Positions 49,030 through 60,639 of a DNA stretch of 64,000 nucleotides are shown piece after piece; within the stretch, counting starts at the first letter, position 1; every line of letters begins with the position of its first letter. Made by a program: the position numbers and the translations under genes. The notes beneath the pieces were generated by a model. That model was not told the origin of the DNA. It did not search any database and was given only the letters and a program-made list of their open reading frames with translations. Source of the stretch: Mobula hypostoma (lineage: Eukaryota); assembly GCF_963921235.1 (NCBI RefSeq), contig NC_086106.1, positions 17,484,001 through 17,548,000 on the forward strand, written 5' to 3'.

Positions 49030-52000
49030 GGAGTCAGAGAGAAGTACAGCACAGAAACAGGCCAGTCGGCCCCTTTAGTCCATGCCAAACCAATTATACT
49101 GCCTACTCCCATCAACCTGCACTGGGACCATACCGCTACCAGCCACGTACATATCCAAATTTCTCTTCAACGTTGAGATCAAGCTCACATGCCCCAGTTA
49201 CGCTGGCAGCTCGTTCCACAATCTCACCACCCTCTGAGTGAAGAAGTTTCCCCTCAAACTTTTCACCTTTCACCCTTAACCCATGACCTCTGATTGTAAC
49301 CCTACACAACCTCAGTGGAAAAAGCCTGCTTGCATTTACCCTCGATAATTTTGTATACCTCTATCAAAACTCCTCTTAATCTTCGACAGTCCAAACCTAT
49401 CTTTCCTCATAACTCAGGTCCTCTCCACCCAGCGATATTCTTGTGAAGTTTCTCTGCACTCTTTCATTCTTATTGACATCTTTCCTGTAGATTGGTGACC
49501 AAAACTGCACACAATACTCCAAATTAGGCCTCACCAACGTCTTTATACAACTTCAACATAACATCCCATCTCCTGTACTCAGTACATTGATTTCTGAAGG
49601 CCAATGTGCCAAAAGCTTTCTTTAAGATCCTATCTACCTGTGACGCCACTTTCAGTGAATTATGGACCTGTATTCCCAGACCCCTTTGTTCTACCGTGTT
49701 CCTCACTGGCCTACCACTCACCATGTGAGGCCTACCCCGTTTGGTCCTACTGATAACACGAGTTACAGAGTCCTGGAAACTGAGGCCAGAGATTGTGCAA
49801 AATGATCGTTTCAGTGTCGTGGAGAGTGAGGACGACTACGCTGGTTCAGGAGCCTGATGATTTAATGGTCATACCTGTCCCTGCACCTAGTGGTGTGGGA
49901 CCCAGGGCTCCTGTACCTCTCTCCTGGTGGTGGCAGCGGGAAGAGAGCCGTGGATGGTGGGGGCTCTTGGTGATAGGTGCCGATATCTTGTGGCAGCACT
50001 CCTCGCAGATGTGCTCAGTTGTGAAGAGGGTTTTCTCTGGGATAAACAGGGCTGTATCCACTACTGTTAGCAAACAGAACAGTACAGCACAGGAACTGGC
50101 CATTCAGCCCACAATGTTGTGCTGAACCAGCTAAAAGGCAATTCAAAAGCACCCTAACACTAAGCCCTCCTACCACACAATGTCCAAATCCCTCCACCTG
50201 CCTATCCAAATGTCTCTTAAAAGCCTCTGATGTATTTGCCTCCACCACTCCAGGCAGTGCATTCCAGGCATTCACCGTTCTCGGAGTATGAAACCGGCCC
50301 CCCACACCTTCAATGCACGCCCTCTGGTAAGAGATATTTCAACCCTGGGAAACAGATACTCTCTGTCCACTCTGTCTGTGCCTCTCATCATCTTGTAAAC
50401 CTTCATCAGATCCTCCTCTGACGCTCCAGAGAAAACAGCCCAAGTTTATCCAGCCTCTCATGACAGCACATGCCCTCTAAACCAGGCAGCATCCTGGTAA
50501 ACCTCTTCTTCACCCTCTCCAAAGCCTCAGCATATTTCCTATAGTGGGCCAACCTGAACTCTACTCAATACTCTAGATGTAGTTGAACCAGAGTTTTATA
50601 AATTTGCAACATAAACTTTTGACTTTTGAACTCAGTGCCTCGACTAGTCAAAACAAGTATTCCTTCAACCTTGTTAACCATCTTATTGACCTGTGTAGCC
50701 ACTTTCAAGGAGTATGAACTTGGACCCCAAGATTTCTCTGCTCAACAACACCGTAAAAGGTCTTGCCTTTAACAGTGTACAGTCTCCTTGCATACGCCCT
50801 ACCAAGATGCAACACATCACATTTATCTGGATTAAACTCCATCTGCCATTTCTCAGTCCATATCTGCAGGTGATCAATGTTGTGCTGTATTCTTTGCCAG
50901 TCTTCTACACTGTCAACAACTCCACCATTCTGGTACCATTCACAAATTTACTAACTCACCCATCCGCAGTTTCATCCAGATCATTTATATACATTACAGA
51001 CAGCAGAAGTCCCAGCACAGATACCTACGAAACTCCACTAATTACAGACCTCCAGCTTGAACAAGTCCCCAAAATCATTACCATCTGTCTTTTATGTGCA
51101 AGCCAGTTCTGAATCCAAACAGCTAGTTTGCCACGGACCCCATGCATCTTAATCTTCTGGATTAGCCTCCTACGGGGGACTTTGTCAAACGCCATCCTAA
51201 AATCCATGTAGACAACATCCACTGCCCTGCCCTCATCAATCTCTCATCACCTTGTCAAGAAACTCAATCAAGTTGGTAAGGCATGACCTGCCACATACAA
51301 AGGTATGTTAGGCTATGGGGTTCCAAATGCTCATACATCCTATCCCCAAGAATTTTCGCCAGCAATTTCCCTACAACTGGCGTGAGACTCACCGGTCTAT
51401 AGTTCCCAGGATTTTCTCTTGTTCCCTTTTTAAAATCGAGGTTCAGCATTAGCCACTCGGCATTCCTCTGGGACCTCACCTGTGGCGACAGAGGACACAA
51501 AGATACTGGTCAAGGGCTCAGCAAGCTCGCCTCCTGCCTCCTTCAATAACCTGGAGTAAATCACATCAGGCCCTGGGGAACTATCAACCTTAATATTCAT
51601 AAGGGGATCCAACACTTCCTTCTCCTTAAACTCTAAATGCCAGAACAAATCTATACACTCGGCTCTGATCTCCTGCTCCTCCGTGTCATTTTCCTTGGGA
51701 AATACTGAAGCAAAGTATTCATTCAGTACCTCACTCACCTTCTCCGCATCCAAGCAAATGTTCCCCTCTTTATCCATGAGTAGCCCTACCTTCTCCCTAG
51801 TTATCCTCGTGTTCTTGATGTATGTGTAGAATACCTTGGCATTCAGCTTAATCCTACTTCCCAAGGGATTATCATGGCCCCTCCTGGCTTTCCCAATTCC
51901 TTTCTTTAGTTTATTTCTGGTTTCTTTATACTCCTCATGTGCTTCGTTTGATTCTAACTCCCAAAACTTTACATGCTTTTCCCTTTCCTTCTTGATAGAA

Positions 52001-53200
52001 TTCATCACCTCTGTGTTCATCCAAAGTTCTCTAAACTATCCATCTCTGTCTTTCCTTCTGGCAGGAACATACATTTACTGCACTCTGTGCAATTGCTCTT
52101 TAAACACCCTCCACATATCTGATGTGGACTTGCCAGAGGAAAGGTGTTTCCAATGAACACTTCTTAGTTCCTGCTGAATGCCCTTGTAAATTGCCCTATG
52201 CCAATTTAAAATTGTTCCGCAAGGATAATACCTATCCTTGTCGATAGTTATCCTGAAAGTTAATGAGTTGTCGCTGTTCCCTTACTGTTTACCCATTGAA
52301 AGGTCAGTCACCTGGCCAGGCTCATTCCCCAACACCAGGTCCTCTTGTTGGACTGTCTGTATAATGATTTAAGGAAACCTTCCTGAGCTTAATTAAATTC
52401 AGCCCCATCTGAACCCTTTACACATAAAAAGGTCCCAGTTCATATTCGGGAAGCTGAAATCCCCCGACACCAACCTTATTATTTATTTATTTTACACATT
52501 ACCTGAATCTGATTACCTATCTGTTCCTCAATGTCCCAGTGGCTATTAGGGGATCCGTAGTACAATCCCATCAGTGTGATTCACCCTGCCTGTTCCTGAG
52601 TTTCACTCAAATGGACTCAGTTTCTGACCTCTCCATTATGTCTCCTCTGAATGCAGCTGTGATATTGTCCCTGATCTGGAGTGCAACTGCCCCCACCTCC
52701 TCCTTTTACCTCCTCCTCTACCTTTTCTACTCAGGAGTACTTTGAAAAACTGGGTACATTAATCACCCAATCCTGCCCCTCTCTCAACCAAGTTTCAGTA
52801 ATGGCTACAACATCATAGTTCATGCTCTGAGTTCATCACCTTTGCCCATAATACTCCCAGCAATAAAATATACACAGTTCAAACTACCCAACCCATCACA
52901 CCTGTTATTATTTTGATTTTGCCTTTCAATACCTTCTCTGACATCTACCATCTGGTCCTATCCTTCCCTTACTGACCTCGGCCTCCGGTTCCCAGCCCCC
53001 TGTAAAACTTGTTTAAACTCTCCCGAGTAGCATCAGCAAACCTCACGGCCAGGGTATTGGTTCCCCTCCAGCTCAGGTGCAACCATCTTGGACAGGTCAC
53101 CCCCTTCCCCACAAAGGGTTCTTTTGATCAAGAACTTGAAACCCTGGATCATCTCCTCAGCCACTCATTCATCCGTGCTATCACCCCATTCCTACCTGCA
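49030..53200 (-). mobile_element. CR1 LINE remnants (at least two copies) with a small Rex1 fragment
   Basis: NPGNYRPVSLT, DVVYMDFRMAFDKVP and LNEYFASVF. Confidence 0.88.
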
Positions 53201-53715
53201 CTAGCCCGTTTTTCCGTTCTTGCTCCCGTTCCTCTGTTCAAAAGCTCCACCGAGATGCAACGCAGAGCGTCATAGGAAGTCATTCCTGCCTGTGGCCATC
53301 AAACTTTACAACTCCTCCCTTGGAGGGTCAGACGCTGGTCCTGGACTTATTACATAATTTACCGGCATAATTTACATATTACTATTTAACTATTTATGGT
53401 TCTATTACTATTTATTATTTATGGTGCAACTGTAACGAAAACCAATTTCCCCCGGGATCAATAAAGTATGACTATGACTATATCAGACGGAATATTAAAA
53501 AAATTGCAGGCGTTTAAATCCTCATGATCTAAAACTCAAAGTATTTCGTATTAGTTGTGTGAAGAATCAGCGGAGAGCGTAATAAAGAACCTTGGTTTCA
53601 GCGGTTCTAAAAAAGGTTGATGACGGACAGTTATCCCACAATGCTCCACTAGCTAGAAACCGCCCTATCTCATCGGCCAGCGCCCACCACTCTACGTAAC
53701 GTTGAATGAACCCAC

Positions 53716-54130
53716 CGGACTGCGCCTGCTCGGAAGTCCGGGCCCTGTCCGTCGTAAATCATCCGCACCCACGCCTGCGCGGTTGGCACCCTCCGGTTGC
53801 AGGCTCTCACCCAGTCGCGGGGCGAGAGTGCCCAGCGAGGGCCAGCCGAGAGCGGGGGGAACACCGGCCAGATCGGCCGCGAAACCGGGAGGCTGGCAGG
53901 CGCCGCCGGGGCCCGTTGGCCGAGCCGAGCTCCCACGTGATTACAGTGCCCGCCCCGCTTTGTGACGTCGCTGCAACTCTCGCTGAGCGGTCCGTGATTT
54001 ACAGGCGCTTCCACCAATCGGAGCGCACGTAGCCCTCAGCCCGCCCAGCTGACTGGACGGTCGAGGGGCGTAACCAGGACCGGTTGATTGATGAGTCGAC
54101 CCGGTGCCGGATGTCCGTCCAGTTATCGAA
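53716..54130 (-). promoter_or_regulatory. Promoter and exon 1 of ZNF-C
   Basis: CCAAT 54014-54018, CRE-like TGACGTC 53963-53969, GC box, CACGTG 53934-53939, ETS CGGAAGT 53731-53737, donor CG|GTGGGT at 53716/53715. Confidence 0.75.
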
Positions 54131-54361
54131 TTAATATTGGAATTGGTTTATTATTATTACCGAGAAACGGCGAGAAGCTTGCCTCTCATACTAATCAAAC
54201 AGATTAACTCATTACACAGTGCATTAACAGAATGCAGAAGTTGCAGTGCTTGCATCTTACAGGCAAACTCTGGGGTGCAAGGTCATATCGAGGTGGACTG
54301 TGAGGTCAGGAGCCCATTCTTGCCCAACTAGGGAGCTGTTCAATAACGGTGTGAATAGCTG

Positions 54362-54730
54362 AACGAATAAACTCTTCTCGGGCTTCCAGCCGGGTACAAA
54401 CATTGATTATAACCGATGTTTCGATGACAAACACCAGGGATCATGCCTGGGCAAGTCTCGTCCGGTGGTATTTACACCCCATCGTCCGTCCCCCCTGACT
54501 GGTCAGTCCTCATTCAATCAGGTTTCCGCTCTCCCACCTTATTTACAGTCGAATTCAAGTTCTTACTTAGAACGAGACCTTTGTCTTTGTTAAAATTCTT
54601 TTCCTCTAGTTTTATTTCAATGTTTTCCTTTACCAGGCGGTCCCAAAAGCCACTGGCATGGCACAGTAGCTTTGTGCCGTTGAAGTAAATCCTATGGCTA
54701 TTGCGGACGCGATGTTCTGCTAACGCCAAT
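54362..54730 (-). mobile_element. 3' fragment of a second Penelope-like family (Penelope/Poseidon-type)
   Basis: AEH...H...F..TKLL...FWDRLVKE.IEI....NFNKDKG GIY-YIG C-terminus. Confidence 0.75.
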
Positions 54731-55119
54731 TTCTCCAGATAAGCTGCTCTTGAGACTAATGGTACGTGCTTTGAAGCTTTAGTACCTTCTGCCCCGGGGG
54801 GGGGGGGAGAATGTTCAGTGGGTGACATCTTTCATTGGATGGAGTGGGCTGTGTCCACAACCCTTTGTTGGAATTCATCAACAGTACATCCATAGAGGTT
54901 TTTGAGAATCTCCTTAAGTGAGAAGATTGAAGGGAGATTTGATAGAGGTATACAAAATTATGAAGGGTATAGATAGTGGAGATGTAAGCAGGCTTCTTCC
55001 ACTGAGGTTGGGTGAGACTACACCCATAGATCATGGGTTAAGGGTGAAAGGTGAAATATTTAAGGGGAAAGTGAGGGAAAACTTCACATGAGGGTGTGGA
55101 GCACTTGAGATGGATGTGG

Positions 55120-55323
55120 CACTCACAACACGCTGGAGGAACTCAGCAGGTCGGGCAGCATCCGTGGAAAAGATGAGAACCCTTCGTCAGGACTGTTCTG
55201 ATGAAGGGTTCCGGCCCGAAACGTCGACTCATCTTTTCCACGGATGCTGGCCGACCTGCTGAGTTCCTCCAGCGTGTTGTGAGTGTTCCTTTGACCCCAG
55301 CATCTGTAGATTATGTTGTGTCA
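55120..55323 (+). mobile_element. Fold-back Penelope pLTR mini-insert with 13-bp TSD, inside a CR1 3' end
   Basis: GAGATGGATG(T/C)GG at 55107-55119 and 55324-55336; inverted arms. Confidence 0.8.
55195..55228 (+). ncRNA. Minimal hammerhead ribozyme, core intact, short stem I
   Basis: GTT-CTGATGA-AGGGTTCCGGCCC-GAAAC-GTC-GAC. Confidence 0.65.
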
Positions 55324-55454
55324 GAGATGGATGCGGAGTTGATTTCAACAATTAAGAGAAATTTGGATGGGAAGGGTATAGAGGGTTATGGGCTGGGTGT
55401 AGATTGACGTGCTGAGACAGATTAATGCTTCAGCACAGATTGATGGGTGGAGGT

Positions 55455-55822
55455 AACACCACATAAAATGCCGGAGGAACTCAGCAGGCCAAGCAACATC
55501 TTGGAAGAAAGTACAGTCAACGTTTTGGGCTGAAACACTTAAGCAGGACTGGAGAAAAAAACTGAGATTTAAAAGGTGGGGGGAGGGGGGAGATGAAGTA
55601 AAGAGCGGGGATGAAACAGATACGGGGCTGGAGAAGGAGATGTCCGACAGGAGAGGAGAGAAGGCCATGGAAGAAAGAAAAGGGGAGAGGAGCACCGGAG
55701 GGAGGCGACGGCCAGGCAATTGCCCGAAGCGGAGACTGTACTATTCTCTACGGACGCTGCCTGGCCTGCTGAATTCCTCCAGCATTTTGTGTGTGTCCCT
55801 CGGACATCCAGCGGCTGCAGAC
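55455..55822. mobile_element. Older fold-back Penelope pLTR insert
   Basis: Inverted 'ggaggaactcagcaggcc' arms; degenerate hammerhead at ~55515-55550 (-). Confidence 0.65.
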
Positions 55823-58402
55823 TTGCCCTCGTTTGAGACGGGCAGACTGCCCTGTAGTGTGCTGAACCTCTCCGGTCCTTTCGAAAGTCTAGAGGCACTA
55901 GAGCGCCTTCTCCCTGAGCCCCAATGAGGCACCTGAGATGCTATGGCCCAGAGCTTGAAAGTGCCGATGCTCCGGTGGTCTTCCCGACTGCCCGTTCTGA
56001 AGTTGACGCTGAGCGAGGGGGGCGACCGGCCTCCCATTGTGTCCGAAACGTTGCCACGCGATTCGGCTGGCCATCGTGCTGCCGGCGCCGAGCCCGTTGA
56101 TGGCGTGGGTGCAAAGGGGGTGGGGGGGGCGGTGGTTAAGTTGCTCTGCTAATGCCGCTCGGTCCGGTGAGTTCCTCGTCTCAAAGTGCGTGCACAGGTG
56201 CAGTGAATAACTTCATGGTGGGTACAAAATGTCATATAAGTCGAATCAACCTTAAATTACACACAATTCCTCAGACAGAAGAGCATAATTAGAGTCAGCA
56301 GAACACAACCTGACCCCTTAACCTCAGCAGAATGAAAGCGCTGGTTTTTGAACTAAGGGAGGGAGAGCAGTGGTTGGCAGCGTCACTCTGGTGAAGCCTC
56401 CTCGGGCCCCTTCAACACGCAGGGTTACGCGAGGCTGTGGAGGGCCCGCATCGGTACCTCCTTTAGAGGCTCCAGGGCACGAGGCCACACAAAGATACGG
56501 AGAGCTGCGGAGTCAGCCAACTCCATCACGGGCGCACTCGTCCCTACCGTCGGGACACCCTCGAGTGATGATGGGTCAGGAAGAGGAATCTGCCACCGTC
56601 CAGGGCATGCCCTCTCCTCATTACAACCATCAGGGAGGCGTTCCAGGGGCCTGAGGAGCCACATTTCTTCCCTTCCGCCGCCCGGTTTCTGAACGGTTCG
56701 TGAACCACGAATGTTTGCCTTGTCGTTCATCCTTGTTTTATCTACGAGCCGAACCACAACCCTAACCCGAACGCGGCACAAAATGGTCTTAACACACCTC
56801 TAGGGTTGTACTGTCGGCTGGTCTGGAACGGCAATTCCAATATGTTCAGATGGCGCCAAGAAGTGCGAATCTTACTGTGCAGGTCCGATGGGAATCATTC
56901 CCGTTTAGGACGGCTACCGCCGAAATCCACAGTCTCCGCCATGGGTGCTTCAGTAAGCAGCATTGTTTTAAGATGTTTAGATGATCTACCAGTCCTCAAA
57001 ATCATTAGAACCCTGATGACAATCTCGGGTCGCGAGTGTGGTTCCCCATGAAGAAACTGTTGTGTAGCGGAGAGTGTGCTGACTGGCTGCATCACAGCCT
57101 GGTATGGGAACACCAATGCCTTTGAATGGAAAGTCCTGCAAAAGGAAAGGGATTTGGCGCAGCAGATCACGAGTAGAACCCTCCCAACCGTTGAGCACAT
57201 CTACATGAAACCCTGTCGTAGGAAAGCAGCATCCGTCATCAGAGACCCCCACCACCCAGGCTGTGCTCTCTTGTCACTGCTGCCATCAGGTAGGAGATAC
57301 AAGAGCCTCAGGACTCGCACCACCAGGTTCAAGTACAGTTACTTTATACTTTATTATCGTCAAACAATTGATACTAGAACGTACAATCATCACAGCGATA
57401 TTTGATTCTGCGCTTCACATTCCCTGGAGTACAAATCGATAGTAAATATTAAAAAATTAAATTATAAATCATAAATAGAAGATACAGAATGGAAAGTAAT
57501 GTAGTGCAAAAAAAAACCGAGAAGCAGGTCCGGATATTTGGAGGGTACGGCCCAGATCCGGGTCAGGATCTTACTGATGTTACTACCCCACATCAAGCTG
57601 TCAAACAAAAGGGGATGACTACACTCGCTTGCCCATCTATTGAGATGTTCCCACAACCAATGATCTTATTTTAAGGGCTCTTTAATCTAGTTATTTCATG
57701 CTCTCATTATTTTTTGCTATTTATTTATATTTGCATTTGCACAGTTTGTTCTTCCGCACTCTGGTTGATCTTTCATTCATCCTGTTGGGATTATTATACT
57801 TATGATTTTCTGAGTGTTCCCGCAGGAAAATGAATCTCAGGGTCCTATGTGATGACAGATATGTACTTTGATAATAAAATTTACTTTGAACTTTGGAAGT
57901 GTGGAACCTGGGGCGATCTGCAGGTACAATTGAAACAGATTCCTTTGACTCCCCCCCCCCACACACACACACACACTCCTGACGATCCTGCTGCTGAATG
58001 TACTCTCTCTGGAAAATTAAACTGAAGACATCAGAGCAAGATTGCAATACCAGAGGGACATCAGAGACTGCTGCAACCTTTGCTTCCAGGAAACGTGGCT
58101 AAGCCCACCATTTCAGACACAGCGCTGCAGCCCAAAGGCTTTGCTGTCCACTGAAAAGACAGGACAGTTGACTCTTTTAAAGGTAGGGGAGGTGGTGGTA
58201 GCAATGAGAACAAGACCTCTCCTACGTGATGAAGGTCCTTAATGATGGACACTACCTTTATGAGTCATCGCTCCTTGATGGTGTCCGTGATGGCTAGTCC
58301 CCTAATGGCCTACCTGATTTGATTTGTTTCAATGCTATGTAAAACAAGCTTTTCACTGTATCTTGCTACATGTGACAATAATTAACGAATTCCAATATCA
58401 TT

Positions 58403-58530
58403 TCGATAACTGGGTTCTTTGATGGACATCTGGCACCGCTGCTCTGCTGTCAATCAATGGGTCCTGGTTATGCCCCTTGATCCTCCAGGCGACACGATTG
58501 GCGAAAGTGCCAATCAATCATGGTCACATG
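58403..58530 (+). promoter_or_regulatory. Truncated orphan copy of the ZNF promoter module (distal half)
   Basis: TCGATAACTGGGTTCTTTGATGGACATC..TCAATCAA..GTCCTGGTTATGCCCCT..GATTGG matches 13031 onward and the reverse complement of 54130-54010; cut by a Penelope insertion. Confidence 0.65.
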
Positions 58531-58532
58531 GT

Positions 58533-59088
58533 AACACACATCAAACCATCAAACTGGTGAACGCAGCAGGCCAGGCAGCATCTCTGGGAAGAGGTACAGT
58601 CGATGTTTCGGGCCGAGACCCTTCGTCAGGACTGACTGAAAGAAGAGCTAGTAAGAGATTTGAAAGTGGGAGGGGGAGGGGGAGATCCAAAATGATAGGA
58701 GAAGACAGGAGGGGGAGGGATGGAGCCAAGAGCTGGACAGGTGATTGGCAAAGGGGATATGAGAGGATCATGGGACAGGAGGCCTAGGGAGAAAGAAAAG
58801 GCGGAGGGGGGAAGACCCAGAGGATGGGCAAGGGGTACAGTCAGAGGGACAGAGGGAGAAAAAGGAGAGAGAGAAAAAGAATGTGTGTATATAGATAAAT
58901 AACGGATGGGGTACGAGGGGGAGGCGGGGCATTAGCAGAAGTTTGAGAGTCAATGTTCATGCCATCAGGTTGGAGGCTACCCAGATGGAATATAAGGTGT
59001 TGTTCCTCCAGCCTGGCTTCATCTTGACAGTAGAGGAGGCCGTGGATAGACATATCAGAATGGGAATGGGATGTGGAATTGAAATATG
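58533..59088 (-). mobile_element. Penelope-like (Neptune-type) 3' fragment with hammerhead at 58598-58633
   Basis: Very similar to 25360-25962; reverse complement AGTC-CTGACGA-AGGGTCTCGGCCC-GAAAC-ATC-GACT. Confidence 0.85.
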
Positions 59089-59299
59089 TAGTCCAGGACA
59101 AAGATGAGGGAGTGAGCAAGTTGTAGGAAAGATACGAATGCGTGGGGCAGTTACAGTCAGATGAAACCGTCGCAGAATCCTCTGTTTACCACAGACGAGA
59201 TTGAATTGCATTGACTTTATATTTTATATCCTTCACACCCATGAGGAGTAAAAATCTCTATGCTGTCTCCGTCTAAATGTGCAATGTGCAAATTATAAT

Positions 59300-59935
59300 G
59301 AATATTAAGTATCTCTACTACCTCCTCTGACTCCATGCACACATTTCCACTATCGCACCTGAGTGGTCCTATTCTTACACGACTCGTCTGCTTGCTCTTC
59401 ACATACTTGTAGAATGCTTTGGGGTTTTCCTTAATCCTGTCCGCCAAGGCCTTCTCATGGCCCCTTTGGCTCTCCTAATTTCCTTCTTAAACTCCTTCCA
59501 GTTAGCCTTATAATCTTCTAGATCTCTATCATTACCTGGTTTTTCGAACCTTTTGTAAACTTTTCTTTTCCTCTTGACTAGATTTACAACAGCCTTTGTA
59601 CACCACAGTTCCTTTCCCTGTCTCATTGGAACATACCTATGCAGAACACCACGCAAATATCCCCTGAACATTTGCCACATTTCTGCTGTACATTTCCCTG
59701 AGAACATTTGTTCCCAATTTATGCTTCCAAGTTCCTGCCTGATAGCCTCATATTTCCCCTTACTCCAATTAAACGCTTTCCTAACTTGTCTGTTCCTCTC
59801 CCTCTCCAATGCTATGGTAAAGGAGATAGAATTGTGATCACTATCTCCAAAATGCTCTCCCACTGAGAGATCTGACACCTGACCAGGTTCATTTCCCAAT
59901 ACCAGATCAAGTACAGCTTCTCCTCTTGTAGGTTT
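59300..59935 (-). mobile_element. CR1 LINE fragment (APE end and tether)
   Basis: VGEHFGDSDHNSI and KENPKAFYKYVK. Confidence 0.85.
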
Positions 59936-60610
59936 ATTAGATTAGATTAGATTATGAGGACACTTAGTCCTCGTTTATTGTCATTTAGAAATGCATGAAT
60001 TAAAAAATGATACAACATTCCTCCAGAATGATATCACAAGAAAACACAGGACAAACCACGACTAAAACTGACAAAACCACATAATTATAACATATAGTTA
60101 CAACAGTGCAAAGCAATCCCATGATTTCATAAAGAGCAGACCATGGGCATGGTAAAAAAAAGTCTCAAAGTCCCGATAGACTCATCATTTCACGCAGGCG
60201 GCAGAAGGGAGGAACTCCCCCCGCCATGAACCTCCAAGTGCTGCCAACTTGTTGATGCAGCACCATTGGAAGCACCCGACCGCAGTGGACTCTGAGTCTG
60301 TCCGAAAACTTCGAGCCTCCGACCAGCCCCTCCGACGCAGCCTCACTGAGCATCATCCTCTGCCGAGCGTTTCGAACCTGCCCCGGCCACCAAGCAACAA
60401 GCGAAGCCGAGGACTCGGGGGCTTCTCCTCCAGAGATTCTGGACCACACAGTAGCAGCAGCAGCAGCGAAGCAGGCATTTCAGAAGTTTCACCAGATGTT
60501 CTTCTGTGCTCTCACGTCCGTCTCCATCAAATCAGGATTGTGCACGGCACCCTACTTGACAGATAACAGACATCACCACCGGAGTGGCCGCTGCGAGCTG
60601 TGTCGTGCTG
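59936..60610 (-). mobile_element. Non-autonomous LINE-tailed repeat, homologous to 27755-28378
   Basis: Direct sequence similarity; (ATTAG)n tail. Confidence 0.7.
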
Positions 60611-60639
60611 TCATCTTCTCTTTTCTCCTTCCACATATT

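Larger units (their letters stand above)
42595..53715 (-). other. Inferred intron 1 of ZNF-C (11,121 bp, TE-expanded)
   Basis: Both ends are homologous to the short introns of ZNF-A and ZNF-B; the interior is almost entirely Rex1, L1 and CR1. Confidence 0.6.
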
